Source: an uncultured Thermococci archaeon
GTDB taxonomy: Archaea > CAYQAE01 > CAYVLA01
NCBI GenBank assembly: GCA_964549615.1
Contig: CAZJVP010000092.1
Coordinates: forward strand, 1 to 36,435
DNA length: 36,435 nt
Reading direction: 5' to 3'
Shown: in pieces, positions 1 to 9,690 of the stretch
How positions within the stretch are numbered: position 1 is the stretch's first letter
Layout of the letters: every line of letters starts with the position of its first letter
Notes under the pieces: generated by a model
What the model saw: the letters and a program-made list of their open reading frames with translations, nothing else
Told to the model about the DNA's origin: nothing
Databases searched by the model: none
Translations under genes and position numbers: made by a program

Positions 1-1368
1 GGTCTGCCCCATGAAGAAGTCGGCCTCAAGGATCGGCCCGTATCGGGCCTTCCACGATCCGTCGCTTACGACCCGCTGGCTTGAGCCGTCGAAGAACTGG
101 ATGTCCAGCTGCACGAGCAGGCGGGGCTCGCCCCCGTAGAAACCGCGTCTGCCCCAGCCGCCGCAGTAGCCTGCATACCACTCGTCGGCAAGGATTGCTC
201 CGAGCGCGTTGGCACCCCTGCGGATCAGCCGGGTGACATCGTAGGTGCGGTAGTACGCCCTCCTGCGGAAGTCGGACCGGCCGGGCACGAAGAGGTCGTC
301 CGTTATGGGCTTGCCGTTGATGTAGACCTGGCAGGTGCCTAGGGCCGCAACGTGTATGTATGCTTTCTTGGGTCGTTTGGGGGTTTGGAAGGTCTTCCTC
401 AGCAGGGGAAGCGGATAAAGCTCAAGCCCGCTCGGCTCAAGATATCCCCACGGCGCCTCCCCCGCGGCCGCAACCTCCCTTGCCTGGCCCCATCCTGAAT
501 CGTCAAAACCCACGTCGGTCCAGCCGGGCAGGGGCGCCGCGGAGGCCTTCCATTCCTTGTCGGTGAGAAGCTCAAGGGCTCCATCCTCAAACTGTACCAC
601 GAGCTTTCCTAGGAGCCCGGCGGGCCCCGGTTTGCGGTTGGCCGCTTCCACCGCCAGAACATTTCGGCCTGGCCTGAGGCTTGCCGAGAGATCGAAGACG
701 GCCGGGCTTCGCCAGGAATCCTCCTCCGCCTTGCTTTCGCCCAACATGGATCCGTTGACGTAGAGGGCGAACCGGTCATCCGCGGTGAGGAGGAGCTGGG
801 CTTTCTTGACGACCCTATCCTTGGGTATCTCGAGCGTCCTGCGCAGATAGCATGTGCCGGGCGGTGCGTTTTCCCGGGCACCGGCGTCCGTGTGCCAGAT
901 CCACCTGGAGCCCCAGAAGGTGAGAGGATCCCTCACGGTTTTCCTTGGCGGTGCATCGTACCCGATCCATCTCGCTTCCCAGTCATTTTGGTCAAGCGGG
1001 CCCATCGACCAGTGCGAGGGCTCGCTCCACGCCGAGGCTCTGCCTGCCTCGTCCCAGACGCGAACCTTCCACCAACACTCCATTCCGGATGAGAGGGCTC
1101 TTCCCTCGTACGGGATCTGGTTGCAGCGGTCAGAGTCCAGCTTGCCGGTGTCCCAAAGGTCGGCATCCCCCACATCGAGGCGTTCCCGCGTGGTCGCTAC
1201 GAGTATCCGGTATGAGGTCTGCCTCTGCCTCTTTGCCTTCGGATTCGTGGCCTCAAGCCTCCAGCCCAGCCGCGGGCTTTTCTCCTGAAGGCCAAGGGGA
1301 TCCTTCATGTACTCGCAGCGAAGTTCGACCGGTCTGATGGAGCAGCTGGATTTCTTTTGACGTTGCAT
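1..1368 (-). CDS. Alpha-L-rhamnosidase (GH78), N-terminal part; runs off the window start
   Basis: Not in the ORF track. Manual translation from ATG 1368 gives MQRQKKSSCSIRPVELRCEYMKDPLGLQEKSPRLGWRL...YRILVA...DLWDTGK...WWKVRVWDE...W. The window end reads in the same frame as PLLRKTF...AYIHVAALG...YINGK...YYRTYDVT...NALGAILADEWYAG...VVSDGSWKARYGPILEADFFMGQT. These are typical GH78 N-terminal domains. Confidence 0.9.
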   Translation of the reverse strand, partial: MQRQKKSSCSIRPVELRCEYMKDPLGLQEKSPRLGWRLEATNPKAKRQRQTSYRILVATTRERLDVGDADLWDTGKLDSDRCNQIPYEGRALSSGMECWWKVRVWDEAGRASAWSEPSHWSMGPLDQNDWEARWIGYDAPPRKTVRDPLTFWGSRWIWHTDAGARENAPPGTCYLRRTLEIPKDRVVKKAQLLLTADDRFALYVNGSMLGESKAEEDSWRSPAVFDLSASLRPGRNVLAVEAANRKPGPAGLLGKLVVQFEDGALELLTDKEWKASAAPLPGWTDVGFDDSGWGQAREVAAAGEAPWGYLEPSGLELYPLPLLRKTFQTPKRPKKAYIHVAALGTCQVYINGKPITDDLFVPGRSDFRRRAYYRTYDVTRLIRRGANALGAILADEWYAGYCGGWGRRGFYGGEPRLLVQLDIQFFDGSSQRVVSDGSWKARYGPILEADFFMGQT

Positions 1369-2000
1369 GTTGTCCTTGCGGGAGGCAGCGTGCTTAAGCT
1401 TCTTTTGGTGATCGGTGCTCGGGGGCCCATGCGTCATCCCAAAATCATTTCACCCCTTGTTTTGGGCGTGTCGGCGGCCAGGCCAAAGGCGGCCAAGCCA
1501 ACCGATTCAAGAATCCGGTGCATAATGCGGCGCAAAAAGATCCTAGCCGATGCCGCGGAGCTGTTGGAGAAGTCTGAGGCGATCGTCGCAGAAACCGAAA
1601 GCGACACGAACTGATCGAGAGGCCCTCTTTCACCGGCTCAACCCAACTCACCCAGAGCGCATCGCAAGACAAGGGACGCAGCGGAGCAAGACGTCGGGGA
1701 GCCCAAGGCGTTTGCGCCAGCCAGGTCCGGATGCCTCGCCCTCCCGACCTAAGGGGGCGACCCATCCTTCTTCGCCGGCGGATCCTCAAGCCAACCGGGC
1801 TTGGTCATCTCGCCCCTTGGCCTGTGGGGAGGGTGGTGCGGAGGATGCGGGGGCTGCCTAGAACGAAGATGATGGCGTATCTCTCGTTCGGACTCGCGGC
1901 ATTCGTGCGGTGCTCTACATGGTCCGCACGGTTGGTTCATGAATCCTCATAATTCTTAGCATCACCGAGCGAATGGAAACAGCAAGTGTGAAATGGCAAG

Positions 2001-2030
2001 AAAAAATAAATTTATATGTTGACTAGTCAA
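2001..2030 (+). promoter_or_regulatory. Archaeal BRE/TATA promoter followed by a 12-bp perfect palindrome (candidate operator)
   Basis: An A-rich tract and TTTATA (2011-2016), then TTGACTAGTCAA (2019-2030), 26 bp before the ATG at 2056. Confidence 0.7.
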
Positions 2031-2055
2031 GCCGAAGAAAGGTTGGGTAATATCA

Positions 2056-2298
2056 ATGGCATCAGACGAGATAGCTTTTGAGATAGTGGATGAGTCTGAG
2101 TTTCCCCAGCTGAAAAGGAAGAGGAGGAGCAAGTATTCAGGTATTGTGGATGCCGCTCTCAAACTGAGTAAAGGAAAAGTGATCAAGATAAAGGCGGAAG
2201 ACGTGAAGGTGGGTAGCCTTCGCTCGCTCTTGCATAAAGAGAAAGGGAACTACGGCATAGCTGAGAGCGAAGGATACGTCTATATCAGGAAGAAGTAG
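2056..2298 (+). CDS. Small Lys/Arg-rich hypothetical protein (80 aa), putative nucleic-acid-binding
   Basis: Clean ORF with a strong promoter and a KRKRRSKY basic patch. Hand count gives about 46% GC, well below the flanks. Confidence 0.8.
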   Translation: MASDEIAFEIVDESEFPQLKRKRRSKYSGIVDAALKLSKGKVIKIKAEDVKVGSLRSLLHKEKGNYGIAESEGYVYIRKK

Positions 2299-3369
2299 CG
2301 CTGCCTGGCCTAGGCGCCTTTTCAGCGGGCCGGAGAATTCTCGTCCGCCTTGTAGAGACAAGCACCATTTACTTAAAGATAAGGGGCACATCCTTTGCTG
2401 TTAGGTAAAGGAACATACGTTACACTTTTCGGCCTTCCCGCCCCGGCTGCCTTCCACCGAGCGATCAAGCTTGGTATGCCCATCGATGCACAGGACTTCG
2501 AACAAGACATTCGGGAGGCGGGTTTGAGTCCTTTCTCTCCTCCGGGGAGGAAGAAACCTCAGGAAGTCAATCCACCCATTCGAGACACTTGGTCGCGGGC
2601 CGGAGCGCCATAACTCCTCGGACCGAGGCATAGAGAGGTCCTCTGCAGAGTGCAACATATATGTGGGTTTACCCAACAGTCCCTGTCCCAACCTAGTCGT
2701 TCGTTCTGTGCCCTCCCGACCCACCTTTGCCAGAAAACTCGCCGAACCACCCGTGTCCCATAGCCTTCGTGCTTCGACGTGGCTGCCCTCCCCATCCTTG
2801 CCGAGCGTGTTTTCGCGCATCTGCGATCGGGAAAACGGAATCTCACGATACGCACGCTCGCTCCTGGGTAGGGTGCGTCGGATGGGGTGCGTTCTTGAGT
2901 CAACCTAGCCACTGCCGCACTTGCCCCTCGGCGAAGGGGACCTGGATTCTGCATGGGCACACTAGTGGGCCTCCAACTAGTGCTTCCAAACGAACACTTC
3001 CACGTAAACACGGAATCGGTCGCATCCGAACATATCTGCCTGTGCGGATCCCAAGGACGACATGGGAGCTCGCGCGCGCTCCCGCCTCTCATCAAGATGC
3101 GTTTGGATGGGCACTAGTTCCCAAACTGGGTATCTTCCACATTCTCAAACTCCCTGTCTGCAGTGAGCGAGTTGGTCCCGGCGGTGGGAAAGGCGCCACC
3201 ACAGTGCCCGAGCAATGGAGGGCGTTGCCTTCATCCCTGATACGCGGACCGCGCGTCATTTCTCGGGGCCCCGAGCGAGGGCGCTTCCGGCGTTTCGGAG
3301 CGGGCATATCGAGAGCAATGTGTATTTAAGTCCCCGACACGTCGATTTCGACGGCGATTCCGCGATTTC

Positions 3370-5373
3370 TTGTTGGATCGAGGGAATGGCGCTGGACGGG
3401 TGCGGCCGGAAGCACCGGAGCCACATACGTGGGGCGCCCGGCCGAACGCGTTTGCGGGGGATCTGAGGTTGCCCCGTGAGAAACTGGACCGGGGCAAGAG
3501 GCAGGCCAGCCGCGTTGCGCCTGAACATGATTGGCTCAAAGCTATCTTTGACGGGGCAAAGCATGCCCTGGTTCTGCTTGACGAGGACGGGTGCATCCTC
3601 GAAATCAACAGGGCGGGAACCAGGATCTTCGGGGAGGCGAAAGGGAAGCTCCTAGGCAGGCAATTCTCTAAGATCGCCTCACTTGATCCTGCCGATTTCC
3701 GGAAGGTTCTACGGAGTCCCGGCACGACCATCCCGCAGAACGCCATGGAGGTCACCGTGAGGGACGCGCAGGGAAAGCAGATTCGCCTTGAGTGCTGCGG
3801 ATCCGTGGTAAGGCGTCGCGGGGAACGTTGCGTGCTGCTGACCCTGAGGGACGTGACCGGGCCCGGCCGCGAGGTCGAAAAGCTGGCGAGCGAACGTGAC
3901 CAGCTGCGAACCCTGATCGACGCAATGCCTGATCACATATTCATCAAGGACGCGCAGAGCCGGTTCATCACTACCAACGAGTGCCATCTGAAGACGCTGG
4001 GCGCCCAGAAGGCGAAGGACGTGATCAGGAAGACCGACTTTGACTTCTTTCCACGCGAGCTCGCCGAGACATACTACGCTGATGAGCAGGAGGTGGTGCG
4101 CACCGGCCGGCCGCTAGTGGGCAGGGAGGAGGTCGTTATTGATGCGTCCGGAGCAAGGCGATGGTTCCTCACCACCAAGGTGCCGCTCCGCGGGAGGGAC
4201 GGATCGGTCGTCGGAGTTGTCGGGATCAGCCGGGACATAACGGAACGGAAGGTGTTCAGCGACTCGTTGGCGGAGAGCGAGGCTAGATACCGGGAGCTAG
4301 CGGATAGCATCACTGACGTCTTCTTCGCCCTTGATCGAAACCTGAGGTACACCTACTGGAACAAGGCGTCCGAGAAGTTGACCGGGATTGGGGCCCAGGA
4401 TGTGATCGGGAAGAGTATGATGGAGGTGTTCCCAGACACCCCTGAGACCAGGAGGGCGCAGCGGGTCTACAGGGAGGTGTTGGAGACGGGTCGATCCCGC
4501 AGCTTTGTGAGCAAATATACCTCGGGGGGCAGGGAGCACTTCTTCGAGATCGGTGTGTATCCTTCGCGGCGTGGGCTGTCGGTCTTCGCAAGGGACATCA
4601 CCGAGAGGAAGGCGGCTGAAGCCGAGATAAGGCGCTACTCGGAACGTCTAGAGCAGCTGGTCGAGGAGCGGACCCGTGAGTTAAGGGATGCCCAACGCTT
4701 GGCAACGATAGGCGAGGTGACGGCTATGGTCGGCCACGATCTTCGCAACCCCTTGCAGGCGATAGTTAACAGCATCTACCTGGCGAAGAGGAGGACGAAC
4801 TCCCTGATCGTTGCCGACGAGGCTCTGGAAGATAAGAAGGTACTGCAGGATCTCTTGGACGCCATTGGTGAACGCGTGAGGTACATGAACAAGATCGTTT
4901 CCGATCTTCAGGACTACGCCCGACCTATCAAGCTCAAACCGACCGAGACCGACATGCTGCAGTTGGTCAAGGGCGTCATCGCAGACACGGATATCCCTGG
5001 GACGATCACCGTGACCGTGTCGGCCGATGATGGCTTTCCGAATCTGAAGGTCGATCGATATCTGATGAAGCGGGTCTTGGGCAACCTCGTGTTGAACGCG
5101 GTGCAGGCAATGCCGGACGGAGGGCGGCTGTCGGTGATGCTGCGGAGAAAGGGCGATGCTGCGGCGATCGAGGTTTGGGACACCGGCCAGGGAATATCGG
5201 AAGAGGACATGAAGAAGCTCTTCACCCCCCTCTTCACGACCAAATCGCGGGGCCAGGGTTTCGGTCTCTGCGTGTGCAAGAGGTTCGTGGAAGCCCACGA
5301 TGGAAGGATTGAGGTGAAGAGTAGCCCGGGCAAGGGGACGGCCGTGACGGTGCGCCTGCCTCTCGGCCAGTGA
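3370..5373 (+). CDS. Cytoplasmic multi-PAS sensor histidine kinase
   Basis: Three PAS/PAC units (RDVT, SRDITERK, ARDITERK), H-box GHDLRNPLQ, and HATPase motifs NLVLNAVQAM, DTGQGI, FTTK, GFGL. The true start may be TTG 3469. Confidence 0.93.
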   Translation: MLDRGNGAGRVRPEAPEPHTWGARPNAFAGDLRLPREKLDRGKRQASRVAPEHDWLKAIFDGAKHALVLLDEDGCILEINRAGTRIFGEAKGKLLGRQFSKIASLDPADFRKVLRSPGTTIPQNAMEVTVRDAQGKQIRLECCGSVVRRRGERCVLLTLRDVTGPGREVEKLASERDQLRTLIDAMPDHIFIKDAQSRFITTNECHLKTLGAQKAKDVIRKTDFDFFPRELAETYYADEQEVVRTGRPLVGREEVVIDASGARRWFLTTKVPLRGRDGSVVGVVGISRDITERKVFSDSLAESEARYRELADSITDVFFALDRNLRYTYWNKASEKLTGIGAQDVIGKSMMEVFPDTPETRRAQRVYREVLETGRSRSFVSKYTSGGREHFFEIGVYPSRRGLSVFARDITERKAAEAEIRRYSERLEQLVEERTRELRDAQRLATIGEVTAMVGHDLRNPLQAIVNSIYLAKRRTNSLIVADEALEDKKVLQDLLDAIGERVRYMNKIVSDLQDYARPIKLKPTETDMLQLVKGVIADTDIPGTITVTVSADDGFPNLKVDRYLMKRVLGNLVLNAVQAMPDGGRLSVMLRRKGDAAAIEVWDTGQGISEEDMKKLFTPLFTTKSRGQGFGLCVCKRFVEAHDGRIEVKSSPGKGTAVTVRLPLGQ

Positions 5374-5947
5374 TGCCGGAAGCGTGGGCCATCTGCCCAT
5401 TCGGTGGCCCCGGCAGATCGGCTTGGCTGGCTGATCACCGAATACCGTACGTGCTGAATGGCACTGGCATGTAGGAGAAGCGGTTGACGCGAACTGTTGA
5501 TCGAGGGCCGGGCGTCGTCCGTCCACAGCTAGGCATGCCGGTGGCGTCGTATCCGTGTCTCCGGCTGGGGTGCCAGTTCGATCGGGATAGCGGTGCCGGG
5601 GGCTAGGCCTGGTCTCATCTTGTCGTGGCCGGATAGGGCGGCTTGCACGTCGTTGCAGCTTTCCAAAACTCCCTCTAGGTCGGTTGCCGAGTTTCCTGCA
5701 GGAACCTAGGTCTCGGTCAACTATGTCCAGTCGTCCCTCCATAATATGTCCACCACTCGACTACATCCAGCAACCTCTCGATCGTCTCCGATTATACTGA
5801 TCGTAGAAGGGTTGCAGCGTTGGGAGGATTCGTCACCACTTATGTCTAAGTGGTACCAATCAGGGCCCTAACCGGGCTTGGGGGGACTGGGCTGCAACCG
5901 GAATAGGGACTGCGTGCCTATGCTCCTTCGACAGGTTGCCACACCAG

Positions 5948-5973
5948 CCGGGCCCTTTCACCGGGCCCTTTCA
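5948..5973. repeat. 13-bp tandem duplication CCGGGCCCTTTCA x2
   Basis: Exact copies at 5948-5960 and 5961-5973. The duplication creates a TGA in the minus-strand protease remnant. Confidence 0.9.
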
Positions 5974-6603
5974 CCGTTGTGGGCTCTGCGGCGATCCCTT
6001 CCTCTTGAGGAAGTAGATGCCACCGGCGGCAACGACCGCGCACGCGGCTATCACGCCGGCCAGAAGACCTGCGCCCAGCGGTTCGGCGACCTCTCCCGCG
6101 AGCATGGCGCGTTCGCTCTCGTCTATGTATTCCTGGGCGTAGGATGGCCCGGATACAGGGAGAGCACCTCCTTCATCCTTGCGATCGCCTTACGGCAATC
6201 CCTGCCCCAGAAGGCGCTCAGGGCCTCGGCGTATTTCGCCTCGATGGCGCTGTGCTCGTTCTCCACGTTCAGCTCCTTCATGAACTGCTTGCCCAGGTTT
6301 ATCGGCATGAGGAACTTGATCGCCTCCACCCCCGTCTCCGGACCTGCCCCGAAGGTGGCGATCCCGATTACCTCTCCCTTCTCGTTGTAGGCGGGCCCGC
6401 CGCTGTTGCCGTGGTTTATCGCCGCATCGCTCTGAAGCACCTCGACGCCCGTCCTCAACGTCCTCTTGGCGCTGATCACGCCCTGGGTGACGGTTGGCTC
6501 GAGCATCGAGGCCGGCCTGAAGAACTCCTCCGCCTTAGTGCCGGGCTAGCCGATGACGAAGACGGAGTCCCCGACCTTGGAGCTTGCTCGAATCCCCCAG
6601 GAG
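5958..6603 (-). pseudogene. Trypsin-like (HtrA/S1) serine protease remnant with helical region and C-terminal TM anchor
   Basis: Reconstruction: LGDSSKL/(frameshift)KVGDSVFVIG*PG...QSDAAINHGNSGGP...GEVIGIAT...YPGH/(frameshift)YAQEYIDE...GLLAGVIAACAVVAAGGIYFLKRR. In-frame TAG at 6546-6548, two frameshifts, and the N-terminal His/Asp half is missing. Confidence 0.88.
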
Positions 6604-6714
6604 ATACCTCGGGATATGGGTGAAAAGGTAGCGCCTGTATCTTTACAGCTTCCTTCCGTCAACCCTCCCGGTATCCCACCACTCGTTGAACTTGAAGAGC
6701 TCCCGAACCTCGAT
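6604..6714 (-). pseudogene. Probable 5' remnant of an archaeal AAA+ ATPase (AAA_14/DUF4143 type)
   Basis: Translates IEVRELFKFNEWWDTGRVDGRKL*RYRRYLFTHIPRY, resembling the N.WW..G....L..Y.R.LF N-terminus of this family. Internal TAA at 6643-6645. Confidence 0.55.
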
Positions 6715-6728
6715 GAAACCGCATCTCG

Positions 6729-6767
6729 ATGTACTAACACGTAAGTTTTTAGTACATTTCAATGTAC
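6729..6767. promoter_or_regulatory. Two overlapping inverted repeats (candidate operators) upstream of the ATPase remnant
   Basis: ATGTACTAA-N11-TTAGTACAT (6729-6757) and GTACATT-TC-AATGTAC (6752-6767), in an AT-rich tract. Confidence 0.6.
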
Positions 6768-7132
6768 AAATCTCGCAGTGCCCATGGGACGCTCGGTCGA
6801 CGTACCGGGCCAACCTGGAACTCCTCTCGCATTGCTGGGCAAGAGGGAGGAGTGCCCCCAGGCTTCACCGAGAATGGGGGAAGAGGATGGATAGGTGCAA
6901 GATGACACGGCAAAGGGCGCAAGGCAAAGACCAGTCCAAAGCGGAATGCCGTGTCCCTGCTTGTACCTGGGGGTGCGTGAAGGTTTCCAGCAGGCCGCAG
7001 GACAGACTGTCCTGCTTGGCCCAGCCCATTCTCGGAGTTTGAAGGATCCCCCCGCGTTTCGAGAATTGCCGCCGACCACCACCAGAGTAGCACTATGGGA
7101 CGCCGCCCCGCAACGACGGGAGCAGCCCAGAG

Positions 7133-7567
7133 CTAGCCCAAGGATGCCTTGAAATCCTCGGTGGTCATGGTCTCCAGTTCTGCCTTCTCCGCTGCTTGCC
7201 GCAGCCTGGAATCATCCGTGACGAGGATGCTGCCGGAGGTCCTCGCCTCTGCGAGGTAGGAGGCATCGTGGTAGGTCAAGTCAAGAAGACAGGCAAGTTC
7301 CAGGGCCCTGCCTCCGCCGTCCTCGGTGTCCAGCCTTCCCAGCTTCATTGCCCTCATGATCGCGAAAATGTTGCTCAGGAGGTTCCTAGCTTCCCGAGCA
7401 TCCAGCCTTTGCCGCGGGTGACACTCCTTCCATATCGCGTTTCCCACTTCGTAGAAAGCCAGCGACAAGATCAAACCTTCCGATAACAAATGAGGAGCCT
7501 TCCCCTTGAGCTCCCGGACCAGCGTGAAGATGCTGTTTGCGTCGAAGAGGAGCCGGCGGTTTCTCAA
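7133..7567 (-). CDS. vapC: PIN-domain (VapC) toxin
   Basis: Motifs LLFDAN, YEVGNAIWK, LTYHDASYLA and LVTDD supply the four acidic PIN residues. The TTG start overlaps the upstream antitoxin TGA. Confidence 0.9.
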   Translation of the reverse strand: MRNRRLLFDANSIFTLVRELKGKAPHLLSEGLILSLAFYEVGNAIWKECHPRQRLDAREARNLLSNIFAIMRAMKLGRLDTEDGGGRALELACLLDLTYHDASYLAEARTSGSILVTDDSRLRQAAEKAELETMTTEDFKASLG

Positions 7568-7795
7568 CGAGACTCCCTTCCAGCCCGGGCGGCTTCAATG
7601 ATCTCGTCGAGGGGGGATCCTTTCGAGAATGCGCGCTCCATCCTCAGCCCGCTCTTGAAGCCGCTACATCTCCAAGCGCCTGAGCTCCTTCTCCAGAGAT
7701 TGGCGCACTAGGCTGCTCAAGTTCACCCCCAACTCGGTAAGCCTTTTCTTGAGCTCCTCGGGGATCCTTGCCGTGATTGTTACCTGTTTCGTCAT
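7564..7795 (-). pseudogene. vapB: Ribbon-helix-helix antitoxin (VapB-like), disrupted
   Basis: MTKQVTITARIPEELKKRLTELGVNLSSLVRQSLEKELRRLEM*RLQERAEDGARILERIP/(+1)LDEIIEAARAGRESR*. TAG at 7664-7666 and an extra base in the G6 run at 7611-7616. Confidence 0.85.
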
Positions 7796-8544
7796 ACGCA
7801 ATTGTCTCGCAAATTCGTACTGTAAAAGTGTGTCGCTCACCCTCTGTTTCGAGGGGATGTCATGGAGAGCCTTCGAGGCATATCCAAAGGTCCAGCCCCC
7901 TGTCTGCAGGTATGCTGGCGCTATTTGCTGTCGCCAAAGTGGGCCGCATTTTCAAAGAGAGTCCTCCAGCGGACCGCTGGCAGAGGCCTGCGATGAGAAA
8001 CATAGTTCCGATAATGGATGGCTGCGCGTGCGACCAGCTGCCCGACGCTGCAGAGTACAATGATACCGGCTCCGGCATCCTCGGCAAAGTCGCAAGGGTG
8101 CTCAACGGTCTGGCACCGCCCACTTCAGACGGCTGGTCTTGGCAACATCGCACGGATCCAAGGAGTAGATCCGACCTCGCATCCAACTCATCCTTTGGCA
8201 GGACGGCCGAGAGATCAAGGATTCGACGATCGGCCACTGGGAGCTCTTCGGCATCGTGAGCAACAGTTCCTGTTACCTATCCGAATGGCTTTCCGGCTGA
8301 GTTCATCCGTGCCTCGAACGGGCCATCGGGCGGCAAACCTCGGGAAACAAGCCCGCATCCGGCACGGCCGTCATCGAGGAGCTGGGCCGGGAGCCATCAA
8401 GCGAGGTCTTCAAACAAACTGCGAAGCCCTCACTTTCCGCCTTTGTCCTTGAATACATTTTTCATCGGTTTGGAAGGTAGGATTCGTCTACGAGCTGCCT
8501 TTGGTAGCTGCATCTGCACAACAGTGATTAGAGCACTGGAGTCG

Positions 8545-9657
8545 ATGATGCGCTTAGCGTTCTTCACCGAGGTATATCCCCCTCACGTCGGCGGCTGCGA
8601 GACAAGGTTCTCAAGGATAGCTAGGGGGCTGGCATCCCGGGGCAACGAGGTTCATGTGTACACGACGCAGTCTCCTCCGGATTCTCCAGATTATGAGGCG
8701 TCGGATGGGGTTCATGTCCACCGGTTCCACATGCCTGGGACCTACATAGGCGCGTCGGGATCTAGGCCCCCGATGGGCGTCTTGAAGTACTCCGTTGCGT
8801 CAGCCATCAGATCCGGTAGGGATGGGTTTGATCTCTGCTATCTGAGCCAGTGGCCCATGCTGCACACGATCCTCTCCGGTCCCATCTGCTCGGCTGCCCT
8901 TGTCCAGGAGTGGTGCGAGGTCTGGGATAGGACGGTGATTTCCCTTCTGGGCGAAGTTGTGGCATCGCTCTGCAGACATCATGCAGCCGTTTCACGCTTC
9001 ACGAAGAGGAGGGTGATCGAGGTGCTGGGCATTCCTCCCCGGGATGTGCTGGTCATCCCAAACGGGGTTGACTTCTCGGCGTTCTCGGGTCAGCCTTCCC
9101 GCAAGGTGTGGGGAAGGGTTGTCTATGTCGGCAGGCTGGTTCCCCACAAGAACGTGGATATGTTGATTGAGGCCTTTTCCGTTGCTAGGGCGCTGCTCGG
9201 GGATGGGTTGGAGCTTCACATAGTGGGATGCGGTCCTCTGGCGGACAGGTTGCGGTTCGTCGCCAACCGGACCCCTGGGTGTCTTTTCCACGGGTACCTC
9301 CCCGACGCGGAGATGAGGAGGGTCCTTGAGAGTTCTTGGATATTCGTCTCACCTAGCGAGAGGGAAGGCTCGGGCATCACGATCCTAGAGGCGATGGCTG
9401 CCGGCACGCCCGTGCTCGTCCCGGATTTCAGGGACAACGCCGCCAGGGAGCTTGTGGATGGATGCAACGGGGTCGTCTTCAAGCCCCCCGATTCCAGGGC
9501 TCTGGCTGACGCCATGGTGGGCCTGTACAGGGATGAGGATGGGTGGCGTGGGATGAGTAAGCGTTGCAGGGTTGTCGCCAGGAGCTTCGACTGGGACAGG
9601 ATTGTGAGGGAGGCCGAGATCGGCCTTGCCGGGATCGTCGAGGACAGTCGTGGCTGA
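8545..9657 (+). CDS. Glycosyltransferase family 4
   Basis: MMRLAFFTEVYPPHVGGCE start, IPNGVD, VGRLVPHKN, and EGSGITILEAMAAGTPV (EX7E). Start set at ATG 8545. Confidence 0.93.
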   Translation: MMRLAFFTEVYPPHVGGCETRFSRIARGLASRGNEVHVYTTQSPPDSPDYEASDGVHVHRFHMPGTYIGASGSRPPMGVLKYSVASAIRSGRDGFDLCYLSQWPMLHTILSGPICSAALVQEWCEVWDRTVISLLGEVVASLCRHHAAVSRFTKRRVIEVLGIPPRDVLVIPNGVDFSAFSGQPSRKVWGRVVYVGRLVPHKNVDMLIEAFSVARALLGDGLELHIVGCGPLADRLRFVANRTPGCLFHGYLPDAEMRRVLESSWIFVSPSEREGSGITILEAMAAGTPVLVPDFRDNAARELVDGCNGVVFKPPDSRALADAMVGLYRDEDGWRGMSKRCRVVARSFDWDRIVREAEIGLAGIVEDSRG

Positions 9658-9690
9658 GATGGTGCTGGGATTCTCGCCGCCGGGGCCCAG

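Noticed and set aside
1525-1614. 29-aa ORF MRRKKILADAAELLEKSEAIVAETESDTN
   Set aside because: It looks helical but is too short and has no clear promoter, so it cannot be supported.
2395-3329. Several overlapping ORFs between the small basic gene and the kinase
   Set aside because: Arg/Pro/Ser-rich translations with no family features or consistent coding signal.
4681-5742. 353-aa minus-strand ORF and similar long antisense ORFs (e.g. 21869-22930, 32432-33178)
   Set aside because: They are shadows or alternate frames of well-supported genes in GC-rich DNA, with no recognisable motifs.
6546-7666. TAG readthrough or pyrrolysine recoding (in-frame TAGs in the protease and antitoxin)
   Set aside because: Both genes also carry frameshifts, a neighbouring remnant has an internal TAA, and several intact genes end in TAG. 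Pseudogenisation is the simpler explanation.
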